64,000 nt of DNA from Candidatus Aenigmatarchaeota archaeon (lineage in GTDB: Archaea > Aenigmatarchaeota > Aenigmatarchaeia > QMZP01 > QMZT01): the NCBI GenBank assembly GCA_041489155.1, contig JBGPQP010000001.1:64001-128000 (forward strand), in the 5' to 3' direction. The notes beneath the pieces were generated by a model that made no database searches, was not told the DNA's origin, and saw only the letters and a list, made by a program, of their open reading frames with translations. Both the position numbers and the translations under genes were made by a program. Below are positions 20,623 through 30,103 of the stretch, in pieces (within the stretch, counting starts at the first letter, position 1; every line of letters starts with the position of its first letter).

Positions 20623-21581
20623 ATATATGGTTTCCTTCCGATTACATTTACTGATGTGGATGCGTCCACGAAATAATCATATTCCAGTTTAAATATTAGG
20701 TTTTTCTGTATGTATTTGGCCGTGCTGCCAGGGGGTACCGGCATCTCAATTTCGCATGTCAGGGTCGCTGCTTGGCTCTTCCATAAATCAACAAGCATGC
20801 TTCTCTCGGGAATGCCTGAATTGCATATAAGATTGACCGAAACGTCACTTTCAAAAAAGAGTTTTGCCTTGTTCCAGTTGTCTGTTTTTTGACAGCCTTG
20901 TTGCTCGGGGTTGCAGACAACGCCGCCGCCTATGTTCTGTATTTTTATATTTATAGGGAAGTTGATCTTCCCCTCACCGCTCCAGTATCTTATGGGGCCG
21001 TTGACAACGATCTCCATGCTCACCGGACCGCTGGTCGTGCTGACATCCTCAAGGGGGAGTGATTCACCGCGTGTTTCAAGTGATATAAGTTCTTCCTGTG
21101 AGGCTATATTGACCGCTTTTATCGTGCTGGTCTTGTACATATAATAAGTTCTCATGCTCGGGTTGAAGGTTACAGAAATGCCTTCTGGTATGTTGGGTGG
21201 TGCTATGCAGTCCCATGTGCATGTTTTTGTTTCCCCCACTGTGCCACTCTCCTGATCAGGGGCCAGCAAAACCTCTTCAGAAGCGCATAAGTCAAAACGT
21301 TCTATGCATGAAATTTCTATTTTGTTGCCGCCAAATACGCTTTCTACATTGTAAAGCTTCATAAAAACATTTTCCGCGTCGGAAGCGCCGATATTTCTTA
21401 TTTTCGCTCTTAATTCGAATGCTTCGCTGGCATAGATATCTTTCAGTGGGCTGACCTCAAAATTTTCTATAACAACGCCGCTGCCTGCGGCTATGTTGCC
21501 TCCGAAAAAGGTGCAACCTGAAATTAAAACTGCTGCTAAAATTACAAGCAATGCCGCAGTAGCTGCCTGTAGCTTGGTCAT
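20619..21581 (-). CDS. Predicted lipoprotein, paralog 4 of tandem array
   Basis: Lipobox ISGC; shared ELxxLxxxGESL, NxGGG and terminal YxY motifs. Confidence 0.75.
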   Translation of the reverse strand: MTKLQAATAALLVILAAVLISGCTFFGGNIAAGSGVVIENFEVSPLKDIYASEAFELRAKIRNIGASDAENVFMKLYNVESVFGGNKIEISCIERFDLCASEEVLLAPDQESGTVGETKTCTWDCIAPPNIPEGISVTFNPSMRTYYMYKTSTIKAVNIASQEELISLETRGESLPLEDVSTTSGPVSMEIVVNGPIRYWSGEGKINFPINIKIQNIGGGVVCNPEQQGCQKTDNWNKAKLFFESDVSVNLICNSGIPERSMLVDLWKSQAATLTCEIEMPVPPGSTAKYIQKNLIFKLEYDYFVDASTSVNVIGRKPYI

Positions 21582-21617
21582 ATTTATAAAATGAGATTCA
21601 GCCTTTTATCCTTTCGG

Positions 21618-22607
21618 TCAGCCTGGCATTGTAGACGGTTTCACGTAAACTTCTGATGCTTTGTCTATGAAATAACCGTATTTTGCATTCAGTTCTATGT
21701 TCTTTTGAACAAGGCCTACGTATTGGCTGGTATCAGCGATTATTTTGCAAGAAATAGTCTGCGGATCTCCGCCGACAAGGAGTATATCTTCTGTGGTACC
21801 GCAAGAGCCTTGGGCCGGTTGAAACCCAATCGGTAATACTATGTTCAGCTTAAGTTTATAAAGGTCGGGGTTTGTCATCAGGCCGCCTTCTTTTTTGCAG
21901 TTGGTGCTTTCTTCTAGGCAGACTGTTCCGCCGCCCACATTCTTTACCGTAATGACAATCGGAAATTCGACGCTGCTGCTGTACGTTCTTATCGGTGTTG
22001 TTGCCTCCATCTCTATGGATATGGGTGAATTGGTCTTGCTGTACGCTTCCGTTGGCAGACTCTTGCCCTGATCCTGCAGTGTCTTGAGCTCGTCTTTTGA
22101 AACCAGAGTTACTGTTTTTATGGTAGTTGACTTGTATGTGTAATAAAATCTTACCCTCGGATTCGCAGTTATGCTTAAACCCGGCAGAACTTCAGGGGCG
22201 ATGTATCTCCAACTACATGTCGTTTCTCCGCCAGTTATGCCTGCATTCGTATCTTCTGGCAGAAGTCTTATTTGACGAGTGGTATATCTGCAATAATTTT
22301 CGTCCGGGAAGTTCTCGCCTGTGGGGTTTGAGGTGGTGCCAGCTGCTCTTCTCCATACCTGGTCCAAGCCAAGCAATTCAGCGAAGCCGTTTTCTGCTGT
22401 GACCGAGCCGGTGTTTTTCACCTTTAGCTTGAACGCGACAGTCTCACCTGAATTGACATTCTGGAAATCTGGGCCGAATTCCTCTACTATAACGCCCGTG
22501 CCTGGCGGTGTATCGGAATTGAAAGGTGTTATCGACGGCAGAGTGCAGCCAGATGCCAGAATAATCGAGAAAATAGACAAAAACAAAATGGGATATTTAT
22601 TGCTCAT
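21618..22607 (-). CDS. Predicted lipoprotein, paralog 3 of tandem array
   Basis: Lipobox ASGC; same shared motifs. Confidence 0.75.
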   Translation of the reverse strand: MSNKYPILFLSIFSIILASGCTLPSITPFNSDTPPGTGVIVEEFGPDFQNVNSGETVAFKLKVKNTGSVTAENGFAELLGLDQVWRRAAGTTSNPTGENFPDENYCRYTTRQIRLLPEDTNAGITGGETTCSWRYIAPEVLPGLSITANPRVRFYYTYKSTTIKTVTLVSKDELKTLQDQGKSLPTEAYSKTNSPISIEMEATTPIRTYSSSVEFPIVITVKNVGGGTVCLEESTNCKKEGGLMTNPDLYKLKLNIVLPIGFQPAQGSCGTTEDILLVGGDPQTISCKIIADTSQYVGLVQKNIELNAKYGYFIDKASEVYVKPSTMPG

Positions 22608-22640
22608 GCTATATAATTTGGAAAAAAACAAATAAAAGGT

Positions 22641-23606
22641 TTAGAATTCTTCCATGCCTTTGACTGTTATCTGTGTTGAAGCGTCCACTGAGTAGAGGTA
22701 GTTGAGATTCACCTTGAAGTTGCCCTGTGTTCTGCTAGACGGCGGCTGCATTATCTGGAATTCGCATGTGACGTCTGTTGTTCTTCCGTCCCATATGTAT
22801 ACGAAAGTCCCTGTAGGCTGCGGCAGAAGCGTTGGCACATCAGTGTACAACGGCGTTCCCCATTGCGTCTGTGTCGGGCAATAGCCACCGACTGGCGAAA
22901 CCCATGTCGGCCATTCGACCGATATCGCGACCGGGTAGTTTCTGCCCCTTATCTGCCCTCCGCCTGTGTTATCAATTCTTATTTGCAACTGGAATCTGGC
23001 ATCTGTGAGTTCTCTTGCCTTAACGAATGGACCTGCGTTAACCGTGACCGTCAAAGGACCTGCCGTCTGTGACACGACTTCGCTGGTCAGTGATTCACCG
23101 GACTGGACGAGTCTCCTAAGCTCCTCGCTAGTCACAAACCATACAGGTTTTATTGCCTTGGTTTCATACAGGTAGTAAACTCTCGCCCTCACTGGATAGA
23201 GTTTCCTCTCACCCCTCTGAAGGGTCGGAGCGGTTAGTTCCCATGTTACCTTTCCCAGACCGCCTTCCGTCTGTGACTCTACGTCTGGTGCAAGAAGTGA
23301 ACCAAGGTCCACGACTGTTGATGGTGTTACGATCCATTCTGTGGGATCTATAGCCATTATCTCCGCGACTGCGGGTGCTCCTGATCCCATAAGGCCGTTG
23401 TAGTCTCCTCTGTTCCTCACTTCAAGCTGTAGTCCTACTGGTTCCCCTGATTCTATGGCAGTGTCTAGTGTTGGCAGGAATTTTTCTATCACGAGGCCCT
23501 GTCCTATTGCTGTCTGGTTGCCTCCTCCTATGCAACCTGAAACTGGCAGTATAGCTAGCACGAATAACAGCGAAAGTAAATTCGTTTTTTTGAATGCGTC
23601 GGCCAT
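22641..23606 (-). CDS. Predicted lipoprotein, paralog 2 of tandem array
   Basis: Lipobox VSGC; same shared motifs. Confidence 0.75.
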   Translation of the reverse strand: MADAFKKTNLLSLLFVLAILPVSGCIGGGNQTAIGQGLVIEKFLPTLDTAIESGEPVGLQLEVRNRGDYNGLMGSGAPAVAEIMAIDPTEWIVTPSTVVDLGSLLAPDVESQTEGGLGKVTWELTAPTLQRGERKLYPVRARVYYLYETKAIKPVWFVTSEELRRLVQSGESLTSEVVSQTAGPLTVTVNAGPFVKARELTDARFQLQIRIDNTGGGQIRGRNYPVAISVEWPTWVSPVGGYCPTQTQWGTPLYTDVPTLLPQPTGTFVYIWDGRTTDVTCEFQIMQPPSSRTQGNFKVNLNYLYSVDASTQITVKGMEEF

Positions 23607-23640
23607 ATTTATTTTATACACAAATAAGCTTTTATATCTT

Positions 23641-24741
23641 TCACAGCTTTATTTTAGGCTCGACCGTTATCGACAACTCTTTTGTGAACTTATACCAGTA
23701 GCCGATTTCCGCGGTTATCTGGGAGGTGAGCTCCTGCTTTATTCTTGTTCTGTCTGCGGCTGTTATGGCACAGGAATATTTGGGCGTGGCTTTGCCTATG
23801 AAATTTATACTGATGATATCATTCCCGTTCGCCTTGCTTTTCAGGTGCGTTTCAATGCATCTGATTATTGCATTCTGGTTGCCGTTGGTGTCAATCGCGG
23901 TCACGAATTCACTGCTTATCTTAAGGCACAGCTTCTTCTGGCTTTGGTCCATGTTCTTGCAATCCGTTGTTGATATATCAACATTAGGTGTGGATGAGTC
24001 GGAAAGTTCTAATATGCCGCCGCCCTTGTTCTCTATCCAGAAGCTCATTATGCCTCCGCCCTGGTTTTTGACATCGCCTTCTGCATCAATTACCAGCGGC
24101 TGATTAAGCACTTCTATATATGGTTTGACCGGGCCTTCACCTATTGAAAGGATGCCTGTTTCTGAGAAGCTCTTGCCTTCGGAAATTATCCTTTCAAGCT
24201 CTGCCTTATTTACAAAGGTGACTGACGCGGTCGAAAATGTCCTGTATTTGTATTTGGCCATCACGCCCATTTTGCACGGGGTCTCTACGTTCAGGTTTTC
24301 CCTTGCTGTAAGTTTCCATTCGACAAGCGCCGTCGACTGCGGATGCATTTCTATTGTGCACTCTGACATGCCAGTTGCCGGGTTGTATCTTGGAGCGGTT
24401 GTGCCTGAGCAAAACTCACCGCTTACGCCTTCATTTTTTTCGTCCAAGCCAAAGAGGCCGCAATCGTTGTAAAGACCTATTGTGACTGTTGTTTTGTCGT
24501 ATTCTGGGCTTTGCAGGTTCTTTACTACCGCCCTCAGGCGCATTGTCTGGCCTGCCCGGACGGTTGATGAAGGTATCGCCTGCAGGCTTTCTATCGAGAT
24601 TACGTCATGTCGTTGTTCCTGTACACTAACGCCGCCAAAAATGTCCGGCAAAAACGGAATTTCTATGTCAAGCAAAGGAACCGTGCAGCCAGAGCTTAAC
24701 AACACCAGAAACAGCGCTGATAGGACTAGAATCCTTTTCAT
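23641..24741 (-). CDS. Predicted lipoprotein, paralog 1 of tandem array
   Basis: Lipobox SSGC; same shared motifs. Confidence 0.75.
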   Translation of the reverse strand: MKRILVLSALFLVLLSSGCTVPLLDIEIPFLPDIFGGVSVQEQRHDVISIESLQAIPSSTVRAGQTMRLRAVVKNLQSPEYDKTTVTIGLYNDCGLFGLDEKNEGVSGEFCSGTTAPRYNPATGMSECTIEMHPQSTALVEWKLTARENLNVETPCKMGVMAKYKYRTFSTASVTFVNKAELERIISEGKSFSETGILSIGEGPVKPYIEVLNQPLVIDAEGDVKNQGGGIMSFWIENKGGGILELSDSSTPNVDISTTDCKNMDQSQKKLCLKISSEFVTAIDTNGNQNAIIRCIETHLKSKANGNDIISINFIGKATPKYSCAITAADRTRIKQELTSQITAEIGYWYKFTKELSITVEPKIKL

Positions 24742-24802
24742 GATAATATATTATTCGACACGTGAGCATTTATTTTTATTGACAGCTCAGAAAGTATAGA
24801 TT

Positions 24803-25294
24803 ATGAAAGGTCAGCTAATTTTCGAGTTCCTTATAGCCGGCTTCCTTTTTTTTGCAATTGTTCTCTATGCCATAAATTACATGAACGTGAACGTCACGGA
24901 TTTCAAGGGCAAATTTTACCAGAGCCGGCTACAGAGCAGGGCGGTTCAGATATCAGAGATTTTGATGGGTGGTACATCCTCAATGAGTCTTATGGACAAC
25001 TCGGAATTTAACATCACGAAAATCCAGAAATTTAATTCAACCTACTGTTCTTTCGAGAACTACAATAAACTGGTAAACGACCTGTATCTTTATGAAACGA
25101 CCGGTTTCGCTATCCTGCCTGATAATATCAGGATAGAACTCGCTTCAATACAGTCAGGCGTATTGCTTGCCTGCGGACCCAACTTCCCGAGGGGCGCACC
25201 TACAGGAAGTGCAAAAGCAGAGATAGGAAGGGTTGGTATGCTGCAAAACGGGTCTGCAAAAGAAACTATGAAATTGATGGTTGTTGTGTGGTAG
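24803..25294 (+). CDS. Pilin-like protein with class III signal peptide
   Basis: MKG/QLIFEFLIAGFLFFAIV: KG cleavage site, Q+1, E+5, hydrophobic helix. Confidence 0.72.
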   Translation: MKGQLIFEFLIAGFLFFAIVLYAINYMNVNVTDFKGKFYQSRLQSRAVQISEILMGGTSSMSLMDNSEFNITKIQKFNSTYCSFENYNKLVNDLYLYETTGFAILPDNIRIELASIQSGVLLACGPNFPRGAPTGSAKAEIGRVGMLQNGSAKETMKLMVVVW

Positions 25295-25359
25295 GCGGAT
25301 TTCTCGTGGTTTCTGCTCGCACTCGGATGGAATATTAATTAATGCACCAATATATTTAC

Positions 25360-26001
25360 ATGAAAATAATTGTGGTTGGCGGCGGTAAACTGGGCGAAAC
25401 GCTTTCGAAAATTCTTGTCAAGGAAAGGCACGACGTTGTCCTGATAGAGAGTAACGAATCGCTGGCTGAAGAACTTGCCGACCGCCTTGATGCCCTTGTT
25501 TTGTACGGTGATGGTTCAGACAGGGATCTTCTTAAGGATGCGAACATTGAAAATGCCGATGCTGTTGTTGCCGCAACAGGCGACGACAAGGTTAATCTCG
25601 CAGTTTGCGAGGCAGCGAAGGAAGCGAAGGTTTCCAGCATAGTTTCAAGGATAAACCAGCAGGCCAGCGAGAAGGATTTCTCAAAACTCGGCATTGCCAA
25701 TGTGATTAACGCGACTGAGACTGCCGTGCTCGCGTTCAAGAAGATGGTCGAAAAGCCTGGCAAGCATCTGGTCACGTTCGTGGCGGGAGGCAAGGGCGAG
25801 ATATTCGAAGTTCATGCCCATAAGGATTCGAAACTTGCCGGCAAGAACGTCGCCGACATCGCGAGAGATTTCGCAATCGCCTGCATCTACCGTGAGGACA
25901 AGCTCATCATACCCAAGCCGGACACAAGAATCAGGGAAGGCGACATCCTGACCATCTGCGCACCAACCGAAGAAATCAGAAAGATTGAAGCTTTGCTTTA
26001 G
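25360..26001 (+). CDS. trkA: Trk potassium uptake regulatory subunit (RCK-N plus RCK-C)
   Basis: MKIIVVGGGKLG, GDGSD, ATGDDKVNL, PKPDTRIREGD. Confidence 0.9.
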   Translation: MKIIVVGGGKLGETLSKILVKERHDVVLIESNESLAEELADRLDALVLYGDGSDRDLLKDANIENADAVVAATGDDKVNLAVCEAAKEAKVSSIVSRINQQASEKDFSKLGIANVINATETAVLAFKKMVEKPGKHLVTFVAGGKGEIFEVHAHKDSKLAGKNVADIARDFAIACIYREDKLIIPKPDTRIREGDILTICAPTEEIRKIEALL

Positions 26002-27323
26002 AATTTTCTTTTGATAAATTCTTTCAGAACCTGCTCGAGGTCCGGCTTGCCCCTTTCTTTCAGATAATAAGTTACGTGGACGGATGGCTTGTTTATCTTT
26101 ATTATCTTTGTAAGGTCGATCGGAGTCGCAACCACTACCAAATCGCATGGTATCCTGTTTATTGTCTCTTCTAGCTCGCTGATCTGGTGCTTGCTGTAGC
26201 CAAGCGCCGGCAGGACATCTGAAATCTGGGTGTATTTTTCGTATGCCTGTTTTATTGTTCCGACCGCGTATTGCTTCGGTTTGACTATCGCCTTAGCGCC
26301 GAACTTCTTCGCGGCGACCCAGCCAGCGCCATACGCCATCTCGCCGTGCGTCAGCGTCGGGCCGTCCTCTACGATGAGGACGTTCTTTCCTTTTATTTTG
26401 TCCGGATCTTCGACCGAAACTTCAGAATCGGCATGGATGACTTGCGCATGCGGATTCGCTGCCTTTACGTTTTCAAGGACTTTTTCAATTTTCTCTTTTG
26501 CTGCAGTATTTTCTTTGTTTATAATAACAACATCTGCCATTCGCAGATTAGTTTCGCCCGGATAGTATGCTAGCTCATGGCCTGCCCTGTGCGGGTCTGC
26601 GACAACTATATGCAAATCCGTTCTGAAAAATGGCGTGTCGTTGTTGCCTCCGTCCCAGAGGATGATATCCGCTTCCATCTCCGCGGCGCGCAGGATCTTT
26701 TCATAATCGACTCCCGCGAACACTATGAAGCCGTTTTTTATGTGCTGCTCGTATTCCTCGCGCTCCTCGATCGTGCATTTGTTTTTTTCCATGTCTGCAT
26801 AAGTCGCAAAGCGCTGGCAGACTTGCCTACGAAGATCACCATAAGGCATGGGATGGCGGATGACAACCACTTTATAACCCATATCTCTAAGAAGGAGGGA
26901 TATCTTGCGCGTGGTCTGCGATTTGCCGCTGCCTGTCCTTACCGCGCATACAGATATAACCGGCTTGCTGGATATTAGCATCGTCTTTTGCGTGCCTAGC
27001 AGGACGAAGTTTGCGCCGCACGCATTTGCTATGCTCGCTTTATGCATCACTTCAGCGAAAGCGAGGTCGGAATAAGAAAGCACAACTACGTCCGCTCTGT
27101 ATTTTTTTATGAGCCCGGGCAAGGCTTTTTCGTCAAAGATTGGTATGCCTCTGGGGTACAGGCTGCCTGCAAGTTCCCTTGGATAATGCCTGCCAGCGAT
27201 ATCCGGTATTTGCGCTGCTGTAAAGCAGACGACGTCGTAGTCCCTGTTGTTCCGGAAGAAAACGTTGAAATTGTGGAAATCGCGGCCTGCTGCCCCCATG
27301 ATTATGACTCTACCCCTCTTCAT
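25998..27323 (-). CDS. COG2403 P-loop protein, arginine synthetase (ArcE)-like / cDPG-synthetase family
   Basis: GAAGRDFHNFN, P-loop AVRTGSGKS, RHPMPYG, WDGGNND, EDGPTLTHG. Confidence 0.8.
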   Translation of the reverse strand: MKRGRVIIMGAAGRDFHNFNVFFRNNRDYDVVCFTAAQIPDIAGRHYPRELAGSLYPRGIPIFDEKALPGLIKKYRADVVVLSYSDLAFAEVMHKASIANACGANFVLLGTQKTMLISSKPVISVCAVRTGSGKSQTTRKISLLLRDMGYKVVVIRHPMPYGDLRRQVCQRFATYADMEKNKCTIEEREEYEQHIKNGFIVFAGVDYEKILRAAEMEADIILWDGGNNDTPFFRTDLHIVVADPHRAGHELAYYPGETNLRMADVVIINKENTAAKEKIEKVLENVKAANPHAQVIHADSEVSVEDPDKIKGKNVLIVEDGPTLTHGEMAYGAGWVAAKKFGAKAIVKPKQYAVGTIKQAYEKYTQISDVLPALGYSKHQISELEETINRIPCDLVVVATPIDLTKIIKINKPSVHVTYYLKERGKPDLEQVLKEFIKRKF

Positions 27324-28710
27324 CACATTTCTTCTTGTTTTTTTCCTGGCCGAACTCATACAGAACCCTCATAGATTTCGCTGCGTTTTGCGGGTACGAA
27401 AATGTGGGTATGCCTATGTCCTCCATTGTTTTTTTCAGTACCTCCGTATAATCACCGCCCGCAGATACGACAAAAATCGGTTTCTTGCTCGACTTGAAGG
27501 CGTTTATTATCGTGTCTACGATTTCCCCGCCGAGCCTTGGAACCTGAACCAGGACTATGAGACCTATTATGTCGACGTTTGGGTCTTCGAGCACGATTTC
27601 CAGAGCCTGCCTGTACCTCTCGGTGTCCGCGTCTCCCGTCAGGTCGATTGGGTTTTTTATGATAACATGGCCCGGCATTTTCTTTTTCAATTCCTCCACG
27701 TTCTCATCGGTCATTTTGGAAAGCCTGAGACCCTGCTGTATTATGTTGTCGGTAAGCAGGACGCCGAAGCCTCCTCCATCCGTTATTATCTGCACCCTAT
27801 TGCATCCGGGTTTGGGGAGGCATGACAGCGTGCGTGCATAATCGAAAAGCTCCTCCATGTCATCCGCTTGTATGACGCCCGCCTGTTTAAAAGCTGCTGA
27901 ATATATTTCGAACGAGCCGGCGAGCGAGCCCGTGTGCGACGAAACCGCTTTCGTGCCTGCCGAAGTTGTGCCGCCTTTGAGAACGATTATTGGCTTCCTG
28001 CCGGCAATTTTTCGCGTTATTTCGAAGAACTTCCTGCCCTCCTTCACACCCTCGAAGTACGCGCATATGACTTTCGTCTTCTTGTCATTGACGAGGTATT
28101 TTAATAAATCAGCTTCGTCCACGTCGACGGCGTTGCCATAGGAAATGAATTTCGACATTTTGTAGCCCTTTCTGGCCATCCAGTCTATCACAACCGAACC
28201 AACAGCACCGGACTGGGTTACGAAAGCTATATCGCCGGCCTTTGGTCTTCCGAGTTTGTAGCGCGGAAGGAATACTGTGTCGACTCCGCTATATGGATCG
28301 AAGACACCGAGGCAGTTTGGGCCTATAATCCTGATTTTGTATTTTTTTGCAATGCCTGACAATTTCTCCTCAAGTTCCGTGTTGCCTATCTCCTTGAAGC
28401 CGCCGCTTATGACGACTACGTGTTTTATTCCCTTCCTGCCACATTCCTCAAGCGCCTTCGGCACGAATTCCGCAGGGATCGATATGACTGCGAGGTCGAC
28501 CCTATCCTTTATGCGCATCACGCTTTCATAACATTTCATGCCGAGGATTTTTTTGGCGCTCGGGTTGACGGGAAAAACTTTGCCTTTGAAATCGCCTTCA
28601 ACCATGTTTCTGAAAACCACGTGCCCTATCTTGCTCTGATCCCTTGATGCCCCGATGACGGCGATGGTTTTCGGTTTGAAAAACGGTTCAAGTCCGTTTG
28701 TTTTGCTCAT
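27310..28710 (-). CDS. acdA: ADP-forming acetate/acyl-CoA ligase, alpha subunit
   Basis: IAVIGAS, IIGPNCLG, TQSGA, phospho-His SHTGSLAG, NPIDLTGD. Confidence 0.92.
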   Translation of the reverse strand: MSKTNGLEPFFKPKTIAVIGASRDQSKIGHVVFRNMVEGDFKGKVFPVNPSAKKILGMKCYESVMRIKDRVDLAVISIPAEFVPKALEECGRKGIKHVVVISGGFKEIGNTELEEKLSGIAKKYKIRIIGPNCLGVFDPYSGVDTVFLPRYKLGRPKAGDIAFVTQSGAVGSVVIDWMARKGYKMSKFISYGNAVDVDEADLLKYLVNDKKTKVICAYFEGVKEGRKFFEITRKIAGRKPIIVLKGGTTSAGTKAVSSHTGSLAGSFEIYSAAFKQAGVIQADDMEELFDYARTLSCLPKPGCNRVQIITDGGGFGVLLTDNIIQQGLRLSKMTDENVEELKKKMPGHVIIKNPIDLTGDADTERYRQALEIVLEDPNVDIIGLIVLVQVPRLGGEIVDTIINAFKSSKKPIFVVSAGGDYTEVLKKTMEDIGIPTFSYPQNAAKSMRVLYEFGQEKNKKKCDEEG

Positions 28711-28743
28711 AAAACATATTATTGACGCTGACAATATATTATT

Positions 28744-29925
28744 ATGCCAGTCCGGAGGATAATTTCAGAGAGGGAGGAAGAGCTTCCTGTTTCAACGATT
28801 GGCGAACTCATAAAAATCGCCGAGGAAAGCAAGGGCATAATATCGCTCGGCCCCGGCGAGCCTGACTTTGACACGCCCAAACATATAATCAGATTCGCAT
28901 GCAAAAAACTCAGGGAGGGATACACGCACTATTCTCCGCCTGCCGGCAGGGAGAAACTGCGCGAGGCTATAGCGAAAAAACTGAAGAAGGAAAACAGGAT
29001 TGACGTTTCGCCCGACCAGATTATAGTGACCGTTGGCTCGACCGAAGCGATACTGCTTTCGCTGATGTGCACCGTCGACCCAGGCGAGGGCGTTTTGGTG
29101 CCTGATCCGGGCTTCCTGGCGTACACGCCGACGGTCGAGGTTCTAAACGGCATGCCTTTGTGCATGCCCCTTTGCGAGGAGAACGGCTTCCAGTTTAATA
29201 TAGAGCAGGCTAAAAAGGCGATACTGCCCGAAAAAACCAACGTAATAATCGTGAATTCTCCTTCAAACCCAACTGGCGTTGTTTACAAAAAGAAAACGCT
29301 GGAGGAGATAGCAGATTTTGTGAATGAATATGATTTGCTGGCGATTTCTGACGAGGCATACGAGAAGCTGGTCTACGACGGCGAGAAACATATTTCACTC
29401 GCTTCATTGAACGGGATGGAGGAACGCGTTCTCACGCTGCACTCTTTTTCAAAAACGCATGCCATGCCTGGTTTCAGGCTTGGCTACGCGGCCGGGCCAG
29501 AAAAAATCATAAAGGCAATGAAAAAGATTCATATTTATTCAACCGTCTGCGCGCCAACGATCTCGCAGGAAGCTGCGCTGGCTGCGTTGTCGGGACCGCA
29601 AAAACACGTTGCCAAGATGATCAGAGAGTATGACAGACGCAGAAAGCTGATGTTTGAAAGGCTGAACGAAATCCCTGGTTTCAGCTGCGTTGAACCGAAA
29701 GGCGCCTTCTATGCCTTCCCGAATGTGAAGAGTTTTGGTATGTCTTCGTTGAAATTCTCGGCATGGCTGGTAAAAAACGCGAAGGTTGCTGTGGTTCCGG
29801 GTACTGAGTTCGGCAGATGCGGTGAGGGGTATGTGCGCTGCTCCTTCGCGACATCTTATGAAAAAATTAAGACTGCTTTGGAGCGTACGGAGAAGGCAAC
29901 CAAAAAGTTAAAAAGGAAGAAATAA
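28744..29925 (+). CDS. Class I/II PLP aminotransferase (AspAT-like)
   Basis: GEPDFDTP, NSPSNPTG, SDEAY, SFSKTHAMPGFRLG. Confidence 0.93.
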   Translation: MPVRRIISEREEELPVSTIGELIKIAEESKGIISLGPGEPDFDTPKHIIRFACKKLREGYTHYSPPAGREKLREAIAKKLKKENRIDVSPDQIIVTVGSTEAILLSLMCTVDPGEGVLVPDPGFLAYTPTVEVLNGMPLCMPLCEENGFQFNIEQAKKAILPEKTNVIIVNSPSNPTGVVYKKKTLEEIADFVNEYDLLAISDEAYEKLVYDGEKHISLASLNGMEERVLTLHSFSKTHAMPGFRLGYAAGPEKIIKAMKKIHIYSTVCAPTISQEAALAALSGPQKHVAKMIREYDRRRKLMFERLNEIPGFSCVEPKGAFYAFPNVKSFGMSSLKFSAWLVKNAKVAVVPGTEFGRCGEGYVRCSFATSYEKIKTALERTEKATKKLKRKK

Positions 29926-29932
29926 GACCCTA

Positions 29933-30103
29933 TCACCTTTATTTCCACTGGAGTTTTGTTTTTTGTTTTAAAGCTAAACTTTACGTATACGTATACGTAT
30001 TATAACGATGTTATAAGTTTCCACAGGAAATTAAAATATAGTTCCACAGGAAATTGGGGTGTGCGAGGCAAAAACATTTAAACCCCCGTTTCATATGGAA
30101 AAC
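29933..30103. promoter_or_regulatory. Putative replication origin (ORB cluster) upstream of cdc6
   Basis: Minus-strand ORB AACTCCAGTGGAAATAAAGGTGA (29933-29955), AT-rich spacer, plus-strand GTTTCCACAGGAAAT (30017) and GTTCCACAGGAAATTGGGG (30041), minus-strand TTCCATATGAAACGGGGG (about 30083-30100). Confidence 0.85.

Noticed and set aside
18600..25300. Integrated element at the tRNA
   Set aside because: No integrase and no duplicated tRNA 3' end (att site) was seen.
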